A stretch of 64,000 nt of DNA from Bacteriovoracaceae bacterium (GTDB lineage Bacteria > Bdellovibrionota > Bacteriovoracia > Bacteriovoracales > Bacteriovoracaceae), in NCBI GenBank assembly GCA_013141065.1, contig JABFRR010000003.1, positions 252,415-316,414 of the forward strand. Reading direction: 5' to 3'. The position numbers were made by a program, and so were the translations under genes. A model generated the notes under the pieces. That model ran no database searches. It was not told the origin of the DNA and was given only the letters and a program-made list of their open reading frames with translations. Positions 36,474 to 46,792 of this stretch are shown piece by piece. Position 1 is the stretch's first letter; the number at the start of each line of letters is the position of its first letter.

Positions 36474-37262
36474 TTATTTTGCCAAATATCCACCATCAAC
36501 AGGATAAAAATTTCCAGTCAAATAACTGGCCCTATCAGAACTTAAAAAAAGAATTAAATCTGCAACTTCAGATGCCTTTCCAAATCTATTCATTGGATGA
36601 AGTGACTCAATTTCTTTTTTCATCGTTTCATTTTTTATAATGGGTGAAATCATTGGAGTTTCGATAAACGCTGGTCCAATTGAATTTATTCTGATTCCCC
36701 TTGTTGCGTAATCAATGGCCGCTGTCTTAGTTAAACCCACAACGCCATGTTTGGAAGCTGTATATGCAGAAGATCCAGGGTAACCAACTTGACCTAGTAT
36801 AGACGAGATATTGGTAATTGATCCTCCACCAGACTTAATTAATGCGGGTATTTCACTCCTCATACAATAGAATACACCAGATAGATTCGTTTGAATGACT
36901 TTATCCCAATTTTCGATTGAAGAATCAGCAGAATCTTTGAGCTCGCCGCTAATTCCAGCGTTATTGCAAGCGGTATCTAATCTGCCAAAAATTCTCACTG
37001 TTTCATAAATTAATTTTTCACATTCTATGGCATTTGAAACATCTGCTTTAATAAAAATGGCCTGTCCACCCGATGAAATTATTTCGTGCGCAACAGCTCC
37101 ACCCAAATCTTCATTAGTGTCTGTTACAACTACTGCTGCACCATTTGCGGCATATGCAAGAGCAGCGGCTTTTCCTATTCCTGATGCAGAACCAGTTACT
37201 AAGGCGACTTTACCAGTAAAAAAATCACTGTAAGATGATCTTTTAATATTGTTTTCAACCAT
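36474..37262 (-). CDS. SDR oxidoreductase (glucose-1-dehydrogenase-like)
   Basis: TGSASGIG, NNAGI, YTASKHGV, PMNRFG. Confidence 0.9.
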   Translation of the reverse strand: MVENNIKRSSYSDFFTGKVALVTGSASGIGKAAALAYAANGAAVVVTDTNEDLGGAVAHEIISSGGQAIFIKADVSNAIECEKLIYETVRIFGRLDTACNNAGISGELKDSADSSIENWDKVIQTNLSGVFYCMRSEIPALIKSGGGSITNISSILGQVGYPGSSAYTASKHGVVGLTKTAAIDYATRGIRINSIGPAFIETPMISPIIKNETMKKEIESLHPMNRFGKASEVADLILFLSSDRASYLTGNFYPVDGGYLAK

Positions 37263-37432
37263 ACAAAAATTCTCCTTTTTTAATTTTCTTAAGGCATTAA
37301 TAATTAAGTATATTCGAGTTAGGCAACAATGATTAATACTTAAAAACTATATTAAACAAAAGTTTATGTATTAGTGCTTTATGTTTATTTCATGCATTTT
37401 AAAAGTGATAAAAATTATCAGGAGAATTACTT

Positions 37433-37642
37433 ATGGAAGAAAAGTCAAAACTAGAAAGTGAATATCAACAATTGTTAGTAAGGATAAAGCATCTTGAAAA
37501 GGATTTGCAAACACCTCTTAGTCGAGACCCAGAGGAGCTTGCAGTAGAACTGATAAATCGAAATATTACCTACAGTCTTTATCAGGTTGAAAAACAAAAT
37601 TTACAAAAAATAGTCAATGACTTAAAAAATTACCCTTCTTAG
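37433..37642 (+). CDS. short coiled-coil protein resembling the N-terminus of TraR/DksA-like proteins, no zinc finger
   Basis: AGGAGA RBS; LEKDLQTPLSRDPEELAVELIN. Confidence 0.5.
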   Translation: MEEKSKLESEYQQLLVRIKHLEKDLQTPLSRDPEELAVELINRNITYSLYQVEKQNLQKIVNDLKNYPS

Positions 37643-38112
37643 ATTATGACATAAGGTGTTTCACTACTTTTTTTAATTCCTTTTTCATTTCTTAACTGAC
37701 TTTCTCTAATTTTTGTTAATTTACTAATATCATCTCCCATTAATGTAAGTATGTCGTCAGCTGAAATTATCCCGCAGAGCGCCCCATCATCACTAATTAC
37801 AGGTAATCGTTTAACACCATGTCGATTCATTTTTCCAATAGTCTCATACATACTATCACTTTCTTTTATTACAATTGGATTACTTTGCATGATTTGATCA
37901 ACACGGATTTCACCTGGCTTTGATATTGCTCCGACGGTTAATGCAATATCTCTATCAGTCACAATACCAGCTGGTATTTGCTTACCATTAATTGTTTCTA
38001 CAACAACAATGCTTCCAATATGATTTTTTAACATGAGTTCCGACACATTATTTAATGTTGCGTCTTTTTGAATAGTAATCACTTTTTTATTGCATAAGTT
38101 TTTAATAGACAT
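37639..38112 (-). CDS. CBS-domain pair protein
   Basis: LMLKNHIGSIVVVE, GIVTDRDI, VKRLPVI, GIISADDI; GGAGG RBS. Confidence 0.9.
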   Translation of the reverse strand: MSIKNLCNKKVITIQKDATLNNVSELMLKNHIGSIVVVETINGKQIPAGIVTDRDIALTVGAISKPGEIRVDQIMQSNPIVIKESDSMYETIGKMNRHGVKRLPVISDDGALCGIISADDILTLMGDDISKLTKIRESQLRNEKGIKKSSETPYVII

Positions 38113-38324
38113 ATTACCTCCAATGTAAGAATACAAGGTTTATTTTGTACTCAGTTTTTAATATTTTTCTATACTTAAAACTTAATCATTTTTTTTGAAA
38201 AAGTTTTCTCCTCAACTAAAACGTTGCTCAAATAAAAATAAGATCATTCTCCAATTCGTGCTCTTACTATAGAGCTACATCACGGTGTTCGATCCTCAAA
38301 TCCCCATACTCCTTGAGAGTGCGA

Positions 38325-39441
38325 TTATCCTATAGATAAACCACTAGATAAAAATCGGGGGCAAGTTGAAGATTGAGGGTAGCTATGCTGCCCTCGATAA
38401 TCTTTGTATTCAAGTTCAATTTTATTCTTCTTTTTATAAGCTCTCTTGTCTTTTAAAACTCTGAAGCAAATCGCTAATATCTTTCTTGCTATTGCCACTT
38501 TTGCTTTGTTGTAATTCATTCTCTTTCTTAAAAAATCATATTCCGCTCTTAGTTCCTCATCACTAGCAATTGCCGGTATCACAGCTTCTACCAGTGCCCA
38601 TCGAAGTAGATGGTTTCCACTTTTTGTAATTCGTCCCTGAGTTGTCTTTCCCCCTGAGGAATAAGTTGCAGGTATTAGGCCTGCATAGCTTGATAATTTT
38701 TTTACTGTTTTAAATCTTTCAATCTCACCAATTTCAGAATCAATTAACATTGAAAAAAATTGTCCAATACCTGGAATCGTTTTTAATAGCTGAGCATTCT
38801 TGCTTTCTTTAAAGTTTTCTCCAATAACGTCTTCAATTTCTTTAATGTAAAGATTAATCATATCTATAAAACTCATTTCTCTTTCTATTAGTGCCCTATC
38901 CATTGGGCTAAAACAAAGTTCTTCTATTTGTTTTTCGCCCTTTCTTTCCAAATTGATCCGTTACTGCTTTCCACTTCTGTACTTCTTCTGGATAACGATC
39001 AACTATTGTCACAATTCTATTTTTTACTTTCGTTCTCGTTTGAACAAAAAATATTCGTTGTCTTAACAGCGTTCTCAAGTCTCGTACTTCTCTCGGTGCC
39101 ACATAACATTCAGGGATCATGTTCACTCGTAATAGATCTGCTAAAACAGTTGCATCGATTTTATCAGTCTTAATCTTTGCTTCAGCAATTGCTTTTACTT
39201 TATACGGATTTGCTAGCACAACATGGTCAATCATTTCTTCAAGCCACTCGTGCATTACTTGCCAATTTCTACAAGATTCCAAAACCGCAGCAGAGTCATT
39301 GGTGAAAGGCTTTAAAAACTTATTCACGTCTGCTTTTTTATTCATTACCTGACCAGATCGTAAAACTTTTCCCATCTCATCTTTCACCACTAAGTAAGAA
39401 AACTTTTTGTGATAATCAACACCAATGTTATACTTTGCCAT
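38325..39441 (-). pseudogene. IS110 transposase split by a +1 frameshift near 38938
   Basis: N-part IGVDYHK...VLESC...KTDKIDA; C-part LKTIPGIG...YAGLIP...SSG. Removing one G in AAA GGG CGA joins GKKG to EKQIEEL. Confidence 0.85.
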
Positions 39442-39536
39442 GTGTACCTCCAGGTTAGGGGAACCTCGGTTCGCCCTCTCATAAATTAAGCTCAGGCCCA
39501 TTCCTGAAGCTTCTCTATTTAAATCCTGAGGTACAC
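39442..39536 (-). ncRNA. candidate structured (bridge/seek-like) RNA in the IS110 left end
   Basis: 12-bp outer stem GTGTACCTCAGG/CCTGGAGGTACAC enclosing hairpins 39488-39512 and 39457-39477; guides not identified. Confidence 0.4.
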
Positions 39537-39619
39537 TTTTAAAATTTTCCATTCTCTACATTTATTCCGGATTGACTTCAGTAAGCTATTCACTTACATA
39601 CCGTCTCCTTAGAAAAATA

Positions 39620-40105
39620 TTAATTGGTTTTGCTTGCGTGATCAAAGTAATGATCAAAACTATATTTACCAGGCCCGAAATAGTAGTAATGGATTGTTCC
39701 TCCTAAAAGAGCTAAATTTTTTAAAAATAAAACCTGCTGATTTTGAATTTCAACGACATCGCTTATGGCCCAAAAGTTGTGCATATAAAGTGTTACAAGA
39801 ATTAAAAATACCATTAATAGCAGGCTGCCCATTTTAGTAAAAATTCCCAGTATAAGCCCAAATCCACCAATGAGTGCCATGAGACCAGTAATTAAGACAA
39901 AATTATCTGGAAACGGAATGTTCTTCTTTATTGCTATATCTATTGCTGATTGTTCGAAATGCCCAAATGAGGCAATAATAAAATATAATGAAAAAAAGAC
40001 TCTGCCAAAAAGGACTAAACTATGATTTAGTATTTTGGAACCAATCCAGTTACTAGTACTTAGTTTGACACTGCTGATTGTTTTGTCCATTGTATTTAAT
40101 TTCAT
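39620..40105 (-). CDS. DoxX family membrane protein
   Basis: LFGRVFFSLYFI...GHF, HNFW, FLKNLALLGG...GPGKYS. Confidence 0.88.
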   Translation of the reverse strand: MKLNTMDKTISSVKLSTSNWIGSKILNHSLVLFGRVFFSLYFIIASFGHFEQSAIDIAIKKNIPFPDNFVLITGLMALIGGFGLILGIFTKMGSLLLMVFLILVTLYMHNFWAISDVVEIQNQQVLFLKNLALLGGTIHYYYFGPGKYSFDHYFDHASKTN

Positions 40106-40211
40106 ACGTTCCTTGTTGTTAATTATTTAATAGCTAATGGGAGGATATGAAAAAAATTGAATCAAAAACAATACTTTTTTTGTCTGTTTAGTATAGTCAA
40201 TGTGAATAGAT

Positions 40212-41135
40212 TTAATCTTTGCCAGTTAACTCTACGGAAATAAACTGTGTACAATCATTTCTTTGGTAGAGGGAGTAACCAAGATATGTCTGAATTAGTT
40301 TTTGATGTTTAGCAATGTTTTCAATACTTTCATCTTTAATTATTAATTCTTTAATCCAACCTGGAGTTGGGGGAGTACGTCCATATTTGAGAGTCTCAAT
40401 TCCAAAATATTTTGTAACTTCTTCTTTCCATCCTCTCTCTTTAAAGAAATTAAACCAATGATCTGGGTAAAATAAAAATGGAGAATTCTCCATTTGTTTT
40501 AACCTTTTTGGTGTTCTTAAAAATTTTAGGATTTCTGGTGAGTAGTATTCAGTTATCCATAATTTAAAATTTTGAAGTGCATACAAATCACAGGCCAATG
40601 ATTCAGCTTGTTTATTGGTTAAATAAGGAATGACACCTTCAGTGAGAACAAGTATATTTTTTGATTTATCAGATATTTCAGTCAAAAATTTTTTTCGCTT
40701 ATCAATATCTGTTAGGTCAATAGCAATTCTCTTTAATTGACAGTTTGGTGTAAAACGATCTAATTTTTCATTTTTTAAATCAATTATTTGTGGAAAATCT
40801 GCTTCTATCCAATTTATTTTTTGAGGTAGTGACATTCGGTAAGGCCTGGTGTCTAGACCGGCACCTAAATTTAAAATTGTATCAATTTCACTAAAGGGAT
40901 TTTCCAAGATTTTAGAAATAAGCTCATCAATGATTAATGTGCGAATAACCACTGACCATGCGGTATAACGAGATCCTTGAGTATAACTTGCAAGTCCTTT
41001 ACCAAGTTGACCGATAAGAATTTGGGCAAACTCATCTTTAAATAGTGCATTTGTTTTTTTTGATTCAAGTGCCCTATAGGCGGCAACCCATAATGCAGTA
41101 TCTGACACGTGATTTATTTCATTCTTTGATTTCAT
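40212..41135 (-). CDS. SAM-dependent methyltransferase, LCM/O-methyltransferase family
   Basis: VSDTALWVAAYRALES, VIRT..ID, NLGAGLDTRPYR, EGVIPYL. Confidence 0.88.
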   Translation of the reverse strand: MKSKNEINHVSDTALWVAAYRALESKKTNALFKDEFAQILIGQLGKGLASYTQGSRYTAWSVVIRTLIIDELISKILENPFSEIDTILNLGAGLDTRPYRMSLPQKINWIEADFPQIIDLKNEKLDRFTPNCQLKRIAIDLTDIDKRKKFLTEISDKSKNILVLTEGVIPYLTNKQAESLACDLYALQNFKLWITEYYSPEILKFLRTPKRLKQMENSPFLFYPDHWFNFFKERGWKEEVTKYFGIETLKYGRTPPTPGWIKELIIKDESIENIAKHQKLIQTYLGYSLYQRNDCTQFISVELTGKD

Positions 41136-41263
41136 CTTTTTTTAATTTTTTATGGCCATCACTTTGAATTAATTATCAAAACATTAGTAATAAGACATTT
41201 GTTCTATAGTTTATGACAATGACTTAGACTAAAAAATCTTAAACCCGTTCTTTTGGAGGAACA

Positions 41264-41632
41264 ATGAAATTATTTTTAGTCACTTTATGTCTTAGCGTAT
41301 TTATCTTTAATTCTGCCTTTGCTCAGAGTTTAAAATCTAACATGAAATCGAGCCAGACACTGTTGAAGCAAATTGCAGCGACAATGAATGACACAACAAA
41401 AAATCAAGAAAATGCCGTAAATGTCTCAAAGATGGTGGTATTTTTTGAAGCTGCAAGAAATCAAAGTCCTGATTCTGGATCCCTTAAAAACTATCAAGAA
41501 CTTATGGACCAAAGCATTGTATTAATGAAGTCACTTGAATCAGCATTTAAAGCTAATGATAATGCTTTGGTCTTATCAATAATGCAAAAACTTAATACTG
41601 CTAAAAAAGAAGGACACGATCTTTATAAATAA
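41264..41632 (+). CDS. cytochrome b562-like periplasmic four-helix protein
   Basis: Signal peptide; N-terminal Met (LKSNMK) and C-terminal His (EGHDLYK) at b562 heme-ligand positions. Confidence 0.7.
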   Translation: MKLFLVTLCLSVFIFNSAFAQSLKSNMKSSQTLLKQIAATMNDTTKNQENAVNVSKMVVFFEAARNQSPDSGSLKNYQELMDQSIVLMKSLESAFKANDNALVLSIMQKLNTAKKEGHDLYK

Positions 41633-41747
41633 GCTTAAGTAAACATAAATCTCCGATATAGAGACTAATAGAATCTTAACAATAAACCGTTTGACGGTAT
41701 ATTCATGCTAAGGCTTTATAGAACCCAGTAACTATACCGGAGGATTT

Positions 41748-42746
41748 ATGTTTAAAAGTTTGACTTTAATCGCTTGCACTAGCTTTTTTATGAACACAAT
41801 TGCTTTTGCTCAATCGACAATTAAAATTGATGGATCAAGCACTGTTTTTCCCGTTACAGAAGCTGTAGCTGAAGAATTTCAAAACTCTAAAAAGGGTGCT
41901 ATTCGAGTGACTGTTGGAATTTCTGGAACTGGTGGTGGATTTAAAAAATTCTGCCGCGGTGAAACAGATGTTCAAAATGCTTCACGTCCAATCTCAAAAG
42001 AAGAAATGGAAGTTTGTGCGAAAGCCGGCATTCAATATTACGAACTCCCAGTTGCTTATGATGCAATGGTGGTTGCTGTAAATCCAAAAAATACTTGGGT
42101 TAAAGATATAACTGTTGAAGACCTAAAAAAAATGTGGGAACCAGCTGCTCAAGGTAAAATTTTAAAATGGAACCAAGTTCGTGCAGAATGGCCTGATGCT
42201 CCTCTAAATCTTTTTGGTGCTGGATCGGATTCTGGAACTTTTGATTATTTTACAGAAGCCGTTAATGGAAAATCTAAAGCTAGTAGAGGGGATTTCACGG
42301 GAAGTGAAGATGACAATACTCTAGTATTAGGAATCTCAAATGATAAAAATGCACTTGGCTACCTTCCGTATTCATACTACTCATCTAACATGAAAAAAAT
42401 GAAAGCTCTTGGTATCATCGGTGGTCCAGAAGCTCCTTCAAAAGTTGCGGTTTTACCTTCAAAAGCTACTGTTGAAAATGGAACATACTTTCCACTTTCA
42501 CGTCCACTTTTTATTTATGTAAGTAGCATAAGTGCAGCTAAGCCAGAAGTAATGGAGTTCACAAAATTTTATATTGAAAAAGCTGGTGAATTAGCTAGTC
42601 AAGTGAAATATGTTGCTCTTCCAGCGAAAGCTTACAAAATGAGCTTAGATAACGTTGCAAAAAAGAAAATGGGAACAGTTTTTGGTGGTCACAATGAAGT
42701 CGGACTTAAAATTGAAGACTTGCTAAAACGCGAAGCAAAACATTAA
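41748..42746 (+). CDS. pstS: phosphate ABC transporter substrate-binding protein
   Basis: [38 protein letters not shown]. Confidence 0.95.
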   Translation: MFKSLTLIACTSFFMNTIAFAQSTIKIDGSSTVFPVTEAVAEEFQNSKKGAIRVTVGISGTGGGFKKFCRGETDVQNASRPISKEEMEVCAKAGIQYYELPVAYDAMVVAVNPKNTWVKDITVEDLKKMWEPAAQGKILKWNQVRAEWPDAPLNLFGAGSDSGTFDYFTEAVNGKSKASRGDFTGSEDDNTLVLGISNDKNALGYLPYSYYSSNMKKMKALGIIGGPEAPSKVAVLPSKATVENGTYFPLSRPLFIYVSSISAAKPEVMEFTKFYIEKAGELASQVKYVALPAKAYKMSLDNVAKKKMGTVFGGHNEVGLKIEDLLKREAKH

Positions 42747-42757
42747 TATCATCCTTA

Positions 42758-43702
42758 ATGTTTAAATTAACTGACCATCAGTCTTCGAATTCTAAAAAAA
42801 TGAGATTAAAATCTTCTCGTGGATTCTCTGCGAGAATTTACGAGAAGATTATTGAATATGTTTTATTTCTGGCCGCACTGGCCTCTGTCTTCGTAACTCT
42901 TGGAATCGCCTATGTACTTATCAGCGAATCCATTCCTTTTTTTAAAGTAGTTTCCATCATAGATTTTATTACTGATAAACAATGGACTCCATTGTTTGCG
43001 GACGCTCATTTCGGAATTAGGCCACTTCTTGCCGGAACGTTTGTCACCACCGCCATTGCTTTAATTGTCGCTATCCCTGTGGGGTCAGTGATTGCAATTT
43101 ACTTAAGTGAATATGCACATCCTAGAGCTCGCGAGATACTAAAGCCTATTTTAGAATTATTAAGTGCTATTCCCACAGTTGTGTATGGGTATTTTGCTCT
43201 ATTATTTGTTTCACCTTTACTTCAAAAAATATTCGTTAACATGACAGGATTTAACATGCTCTCTGCTGGAATTGTCATGGGTATAATGATTATTCCTTAT
43301 GTCAGTTCACTCAGTGAAGATGCGATGCGGGCCGTTCCTATGCATATGAGAGAAGGCTCTTTTGCCATGGGGGCAACAAGGCTTCAAACTTCTGTTAATG
43401 TCGTTGTGCCAGCTGCTTTTTCGGGTATTTCTGCCGCTTACATTTTAGCAGTTTCGCGTGCTATCGGTGAAACAATGATTGTGGCGATTGCCGCTGGGAT
43501 GCAGCCCAATTTTACGCTTAATCCGACAGAGCCGGCATCGACCATCACTGCTTATATTGTGCAAGTCAGTCTTGGGGATCTTCCCCATGGGAGCATAGGT
43601 TATCAAACAATATTTGCTGCTGGTTTGACCCTTTTACTTTTTACTTTTGCTCTTAATATAGCCGGGCATTTTTTAAAAAAGAAATTTGGAGAACGCTACT
43701 AA
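42758..43702 (+). CDS. pstC: phosphate ABC transporter permease
   Basis: AIYLSEY, IPTVVYG, SRAIGETM. Confidence 0.95.
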   Translation: MFKLTDHQSSNSKKMRLKSSRGFSARIYEKIIEYVLFLAALASVFVTLGIAYVLISESIPFFKVVSIIDFITDKQWTPLFADAHFGIRPLLAGTFVTTAIALIVAIPVGSVIAIYLSEYAHPRAREILKPILELLSAIPTVVYGYFALLFVSPLLQKIFVNMTGFNMLSAGIVMGIMIIPYVSSLSEDAMRAVPMHMREGSFAMGATRLQTSVNVVVPAAFSGISAAYILAVSRAIGETMIVAIAAGMQPNFTLNPTEPASTITAYIVQVSLGDLPHGSIGYQTIFAAGLTLLLFTFALNIAGHFLKKKFGERY

Positions 43703-44619
43703 TGGAGCTAAAAACAAATTACAAACGCCAACTATTGATAAATAAAATCTTTGATGTTTTTTTTAAATACTTAGGTTTATTTTTTCTTATTTGTGCCTTA
43801 ATTGCCTTACTGGCCTTGATTGGAAACTTAGTTTCAGAAGGTTTTGGAAGACTTTCATTTCAATTTCTTTCTTCATTTCCAAGTCGCTTCGCGGATAAAT
43901 CTGGAATTTTGTCTGCATGGGTGGGCTCTTTTGCAGTGATGTTAATGACTGCTCTTTTTGCCATTCCATTAGGAGTAGCTTCAGGAGTTTATCTTGAAGA
44001 ATATGCTCCAAAGAATAAAATAACGACTTTTATTGAGCTTAACATTACGAATCTTGCAGGGGTTCCCTCGATTATATTTGGACTTATGGCCCTCGGTCTT
44101 TTTGTCTATAAAATGTCGCTAGGGCAAAGTATTATTACTGCCGGTATGACTTTGGGGCTTTTAGTTTTACCAGTAATTATTGTGACCACTAGAGAAGCGA
44201 TTAAAACGATTCCTGTGCATATTAGAGAAGCCTCGTACGCAGTTGGAGCAACTAAGTTGCAGACTATCCGCTACCATATTCTTCCTTATTCTGCAGGTGG
44301 AATTATAACGGGAATTATTATCGCAATGTCGAGAGCGATTGGAGAGACAGCACCTTTAATTACTATTGGAGCACTGACTTTTATTGCATTTTTACCAGCT
44401 TCTCCTTTTATTTCTCAGGCACCTTTTGTTTCAACACAATGGATGTTTGATCCTTTTACAGTTCTCCCGATTCAAATGTTTAACTGGGTCTCAAGACCTC
44501 AAGAAGATTTTCACACTAATGCAGCGGCTGCCGGCTTAATTTTAATAGTTTTTACACTTACATTAACTGCAGTAGCGATTATTATTCGCAATTATTTTAG
44601 AAAAAGAATTAAATGGTAA
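43702..44619 (+). CDS. pstA: phosphate ABC transporter permease
   Basis: [28 protein letters not shown]. Confidence 0.95.
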   Translation: MELKTNYKRQLLINKIFDVFFKYLGLFFLICALIALLALIGNLVSEGFGRLSFQFLSSFPSRFADKSGILSAWVGSFAVMLMTALFAIPLGVASGVYLEEYAPKNKITTFIELNITNLAGVPSIIFGLMALGLFVYKMSLGQSIITAGMTLGLLVLPVIIVTTREAIKTIPVHIREASYAVGATKLQTIRYHILPYSAGGIITGIIIAMSRAIGETAPLITIGALTFIAFLPASPFISQAPFVSTQWMFDPFTVLPIQMFNWVSRPQEDFHTNAAAAGLILIVFTLTLTAVAIIIRNYFRKRIKW

Positions 44620-44641
44620 ATTTAAGAAGTTAGGAATTTAT

Positions 44642-45418
44642 ATGCCAACTGAATTAGAAAATATTAAAGCAGAAGTAAAAGATTTAAATTTCTATTATGG
44701 AGATGTTAAGGCCCTTAAGGGTGTAAATCTTAAAATTCCAGAGAAAAAAGTTATTTCACTTATTGGCCCTTCTGGATGTGGAAAGACGACTTTACTTCGT
44801 TGTTTTAATCGCATGCATGATTTTTATACAAATCATTCTCACACTGGTGAGATTATTTTAAATCCAGAAGGTGTAAATATCCTTGATCGAAAAATTGATC
44901 CCATTGAAGTGCGCATGCGAATAAGTATGGTGTTTCAAAAACCAAATCCATTTCCAAAAACAATTTTTGAAAATGTGGCCTATGGACTGCGTGTTCGAGG
45001 TGTGACAAAAAGATCTGTTTTACTTGAACGAGTCGAAAAAGCACTTACGGTTTCTGCTCTTTGGAATGAAGTAAAGGATAGACTTGATCAACAGGCCTTC
45101 AACCTCTCGGGCGGTCAACAGCAACGTTTGTGTATTGCTAGGGCCCTAGCGATTGATCCTGAGATCGTATTATTTGATGAGCCCACTTCAGCATTAGACC
45201 CAATTGCGACAGCGAGAATTGAAGAATTAGTAAGTGAATTAAAAAAAGAAGTTTCAATTTTAATTGTTACACACAATATGCAACAGGCCGGTCGAATTTC
45301 AGATTATACTGGATTTATGTACATGGGTGAGTTGGTCGAGTTTGGTGATACAGATAAAATCTTTACTAATCCCAAAGAAAAGCTGACTGAAGATTATATT
45401 TCAGGTCATTTTGGATAA
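44642..45418 (+). CDS. pstB: phosphate ABC transporter ATP-binding protein
   Basis: [42 protein letters not shown]. Confidence 0.96.
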   Translation: MPTELENIKAEVKDLNFYYGDVKALKGVNLKIPEKKVISLIGPSGCGKTTLLRCFNRMHDFYTNHSHTGEIILNPEGVNILDRKIDPIEVRMRISMVFQKPNPFPKTIFENVAYGLRVRGVTKRSVLLERVEKALTVSALWNEVKDRLDQQAFNLSGGQQQRLCIARALAIDPEIVLFDEPTSALDPIATARIEELVSELKKEVSILIVTHNMQQAGRISDYTGFMYMGELVEFGDTDKIFTNPKEKLTEDYISGHFG

Positions 45419-45437
45419 GTTTAAATTTTTCTTAGAT

Positions 45438-46052
45438 TCAAATTAATGAAAAGTGATTTTTGTAGTCTAATCTTCCAGCTTCGATGACTTTATAAGCTTC
45501 AAGACGGCCATAAATGCATTCAATTTCTGTCTTTATTGCTTCACCAGGGATTGATTTATAAGATAAGAAATAATGTCTGATTCGATCAAGAACAACTGGA
45601 TTTAAGTCTTCTAATTCTTTAATATGAGTATAAAAAGGATCACCATTTAAAATTGCAATTAATTTATCATCAACTTCACCAGAATCAAGAAGCCTAATTC
45701 CGCCAATAATTCGAACATCCATTATTATATCTGCTCTTTCAATTGGTAATTCTGACAAAATACAAATATCAAGAGGGTCGCCATCTCCTCTTACTGCCTT
45801 TTTAGAAAGTTTAGTTGTTTCTTCGGCAGAATAGGTTTGGGGGATAAAACCGTAGAGAGTTGAAGGGACAGAAGAAAATTTTTGTGGGCGGTCAACTTTT
45901 AAAAAACCAGTTTCTTTACAAATTTCGTATTTGATAACATCGTTAGGGAGAATTTCGATGTAAGCACGAACTACTTGTGGTGCACCTTCACCGATAGCTA
46001 TACCATGCCAAGGATGAGGGCGATGAGCATGATAAAAAGTTTTATTGTTCAT
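45438..46052 (-). CDS. ppa: inorganic pyrophosphatase (family I)
   Basis: RPHPWHG, YGFIPQTY, DGDPLDIC, DDKLIA. Confidence 0.93.
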   Translation of the reverse strand: MNNKTFYHAHRPHPWHGIAIGEGAPQVVRAYIEILPNDVIKYEICKETGFLKVDRPQKFSSVPSTLYGFIPQTYSAEETTKLSKKAVRGDGDPLDICILSELPIERADIIMDVRIIGGIRLLDSGEVDDKLIAILNGDPFYTHIKELEDLNPVVLDRIRHYFLSYKSIPGEAIKTEIECIYGRLEAYKVIEAGRLDYKNHFSLI

Positions 46053-46058
46053 AATAAA

Positions 46059-46556
46059 TTATTTTAAGACAGCTAAAGCAGCTTGGTAATTAGGTTCATT
46101 TACTATGTCAGAAACTAATTCCGTATAGAGAACTTTATCATCTGGAGATAAAACGATAACTGCTCTTGCATGGAGTCCTGCAAGTGGAGTATCGATGAGT
46201 TCAAGTCCCCATTCTTTGCCAAAGCTACTTTTAAAAGAAGAGAGAGTTTCGACATTATTTATTCCTTCAGCACCACAAAATCTGGCCATGGCAAATGGCA
46301 GATCTAGGGCAACGTTTAAAACGACTGTATTTTTTAAACCAGCAGCTTCTTTATTAAAAGTTCGTACGGAGGTCGCACAAACTCCAGTATCTATACTTGG
46401 AAAAATACTGATGACTTTATACATACCTTTGTAATTTTCGTTAGAAACTTCTGTCAAATCGTTCTTAACAAGTTTTGTAAATAAGGCCACTTGACCAACT
46501 TTTGGAAGTTCTCCGTTTGTATTTGCTGGGCCACCTCTAAATGCTGTCTTTGACAT
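46059..46556 (-). CDS. tpx: thiol peroxidase
   Basis: FPSIDTGVCATS, DLPFAMARFCG, EPNY. Confidence 0.95.
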   Translation of the reverse strand: MSKTAFRGGPANTNGELPKVGQVALFTKLVKNDLTEVSNENYKGMYKVISIFPSIDTGVCATSVRTFNKEAAGLKNTVVLNVALDLPFAMARFCGAEGINNVETLSSFKSSFGKEWGLELIDTPLAGLHARAVIVLSPDDKVLYTELVSDIVNEPNYQAALAVLK

Positions 46557-46792
46557 AAAAACTCCTCGAAAAAAGTATTTTTCTATTTTGACTTATTTTT
46601 TCATACTTCGCCACTTCCAATTTCTCTTTTGCCTATAAAATTTACAACTTTTTTTTTGTTTCTTGGATTTGTAGACATTCGACGTGATAAATCATACCAA
46701 AATATTATTTTTGGAAGAATTATGTCTTTTTTACGTCAAAAGCACTTGTATTTTGTTTTTTAGCTACATTTATAATTGCTCCGGCATTCGCT

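Larger units (their letters stand above)
38281..39600 (-). mobile_element. IS110-group insertion sequence (boundaries approximate)
   Basis: Transposase with ~160-nt structured 5' non-coding end; candidate repeated cores GTATG (38305-38309/39597-39601) or ATGTA (38276-38280/39595-39599); no subterminal IR found. Confidence 0.65.

Noticed and set aside
38370-38398. preQ1-riboswitch-like GAGGG..TAGCTA.CCCTC hairpin
   Set aside because: Lacks the A-rich pseudoknot tail and lies at a transposase 3' end, not before a que gene; nothing similar precedes queA
38925-38955. Programmed -1 frameshift in the IS110 transposase
   Set aside because: The downstream frame is +1 relative to the first, so a 1-nt insertion fits better
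39590-39612. AAGGAG-N5-ATG after doxX as the start of a gene disrupted by IS110
   Set aside because: No open frame continues beyond either candidate right junction (ATG GGG ATT TGA or ATG TAG)
41654-41703. Pho box upstream of pstS (CTAATA/TTAACA at 11-bp spacing)
   Set aside because: Too degenerate to distinguish from background in AT-rich DNA
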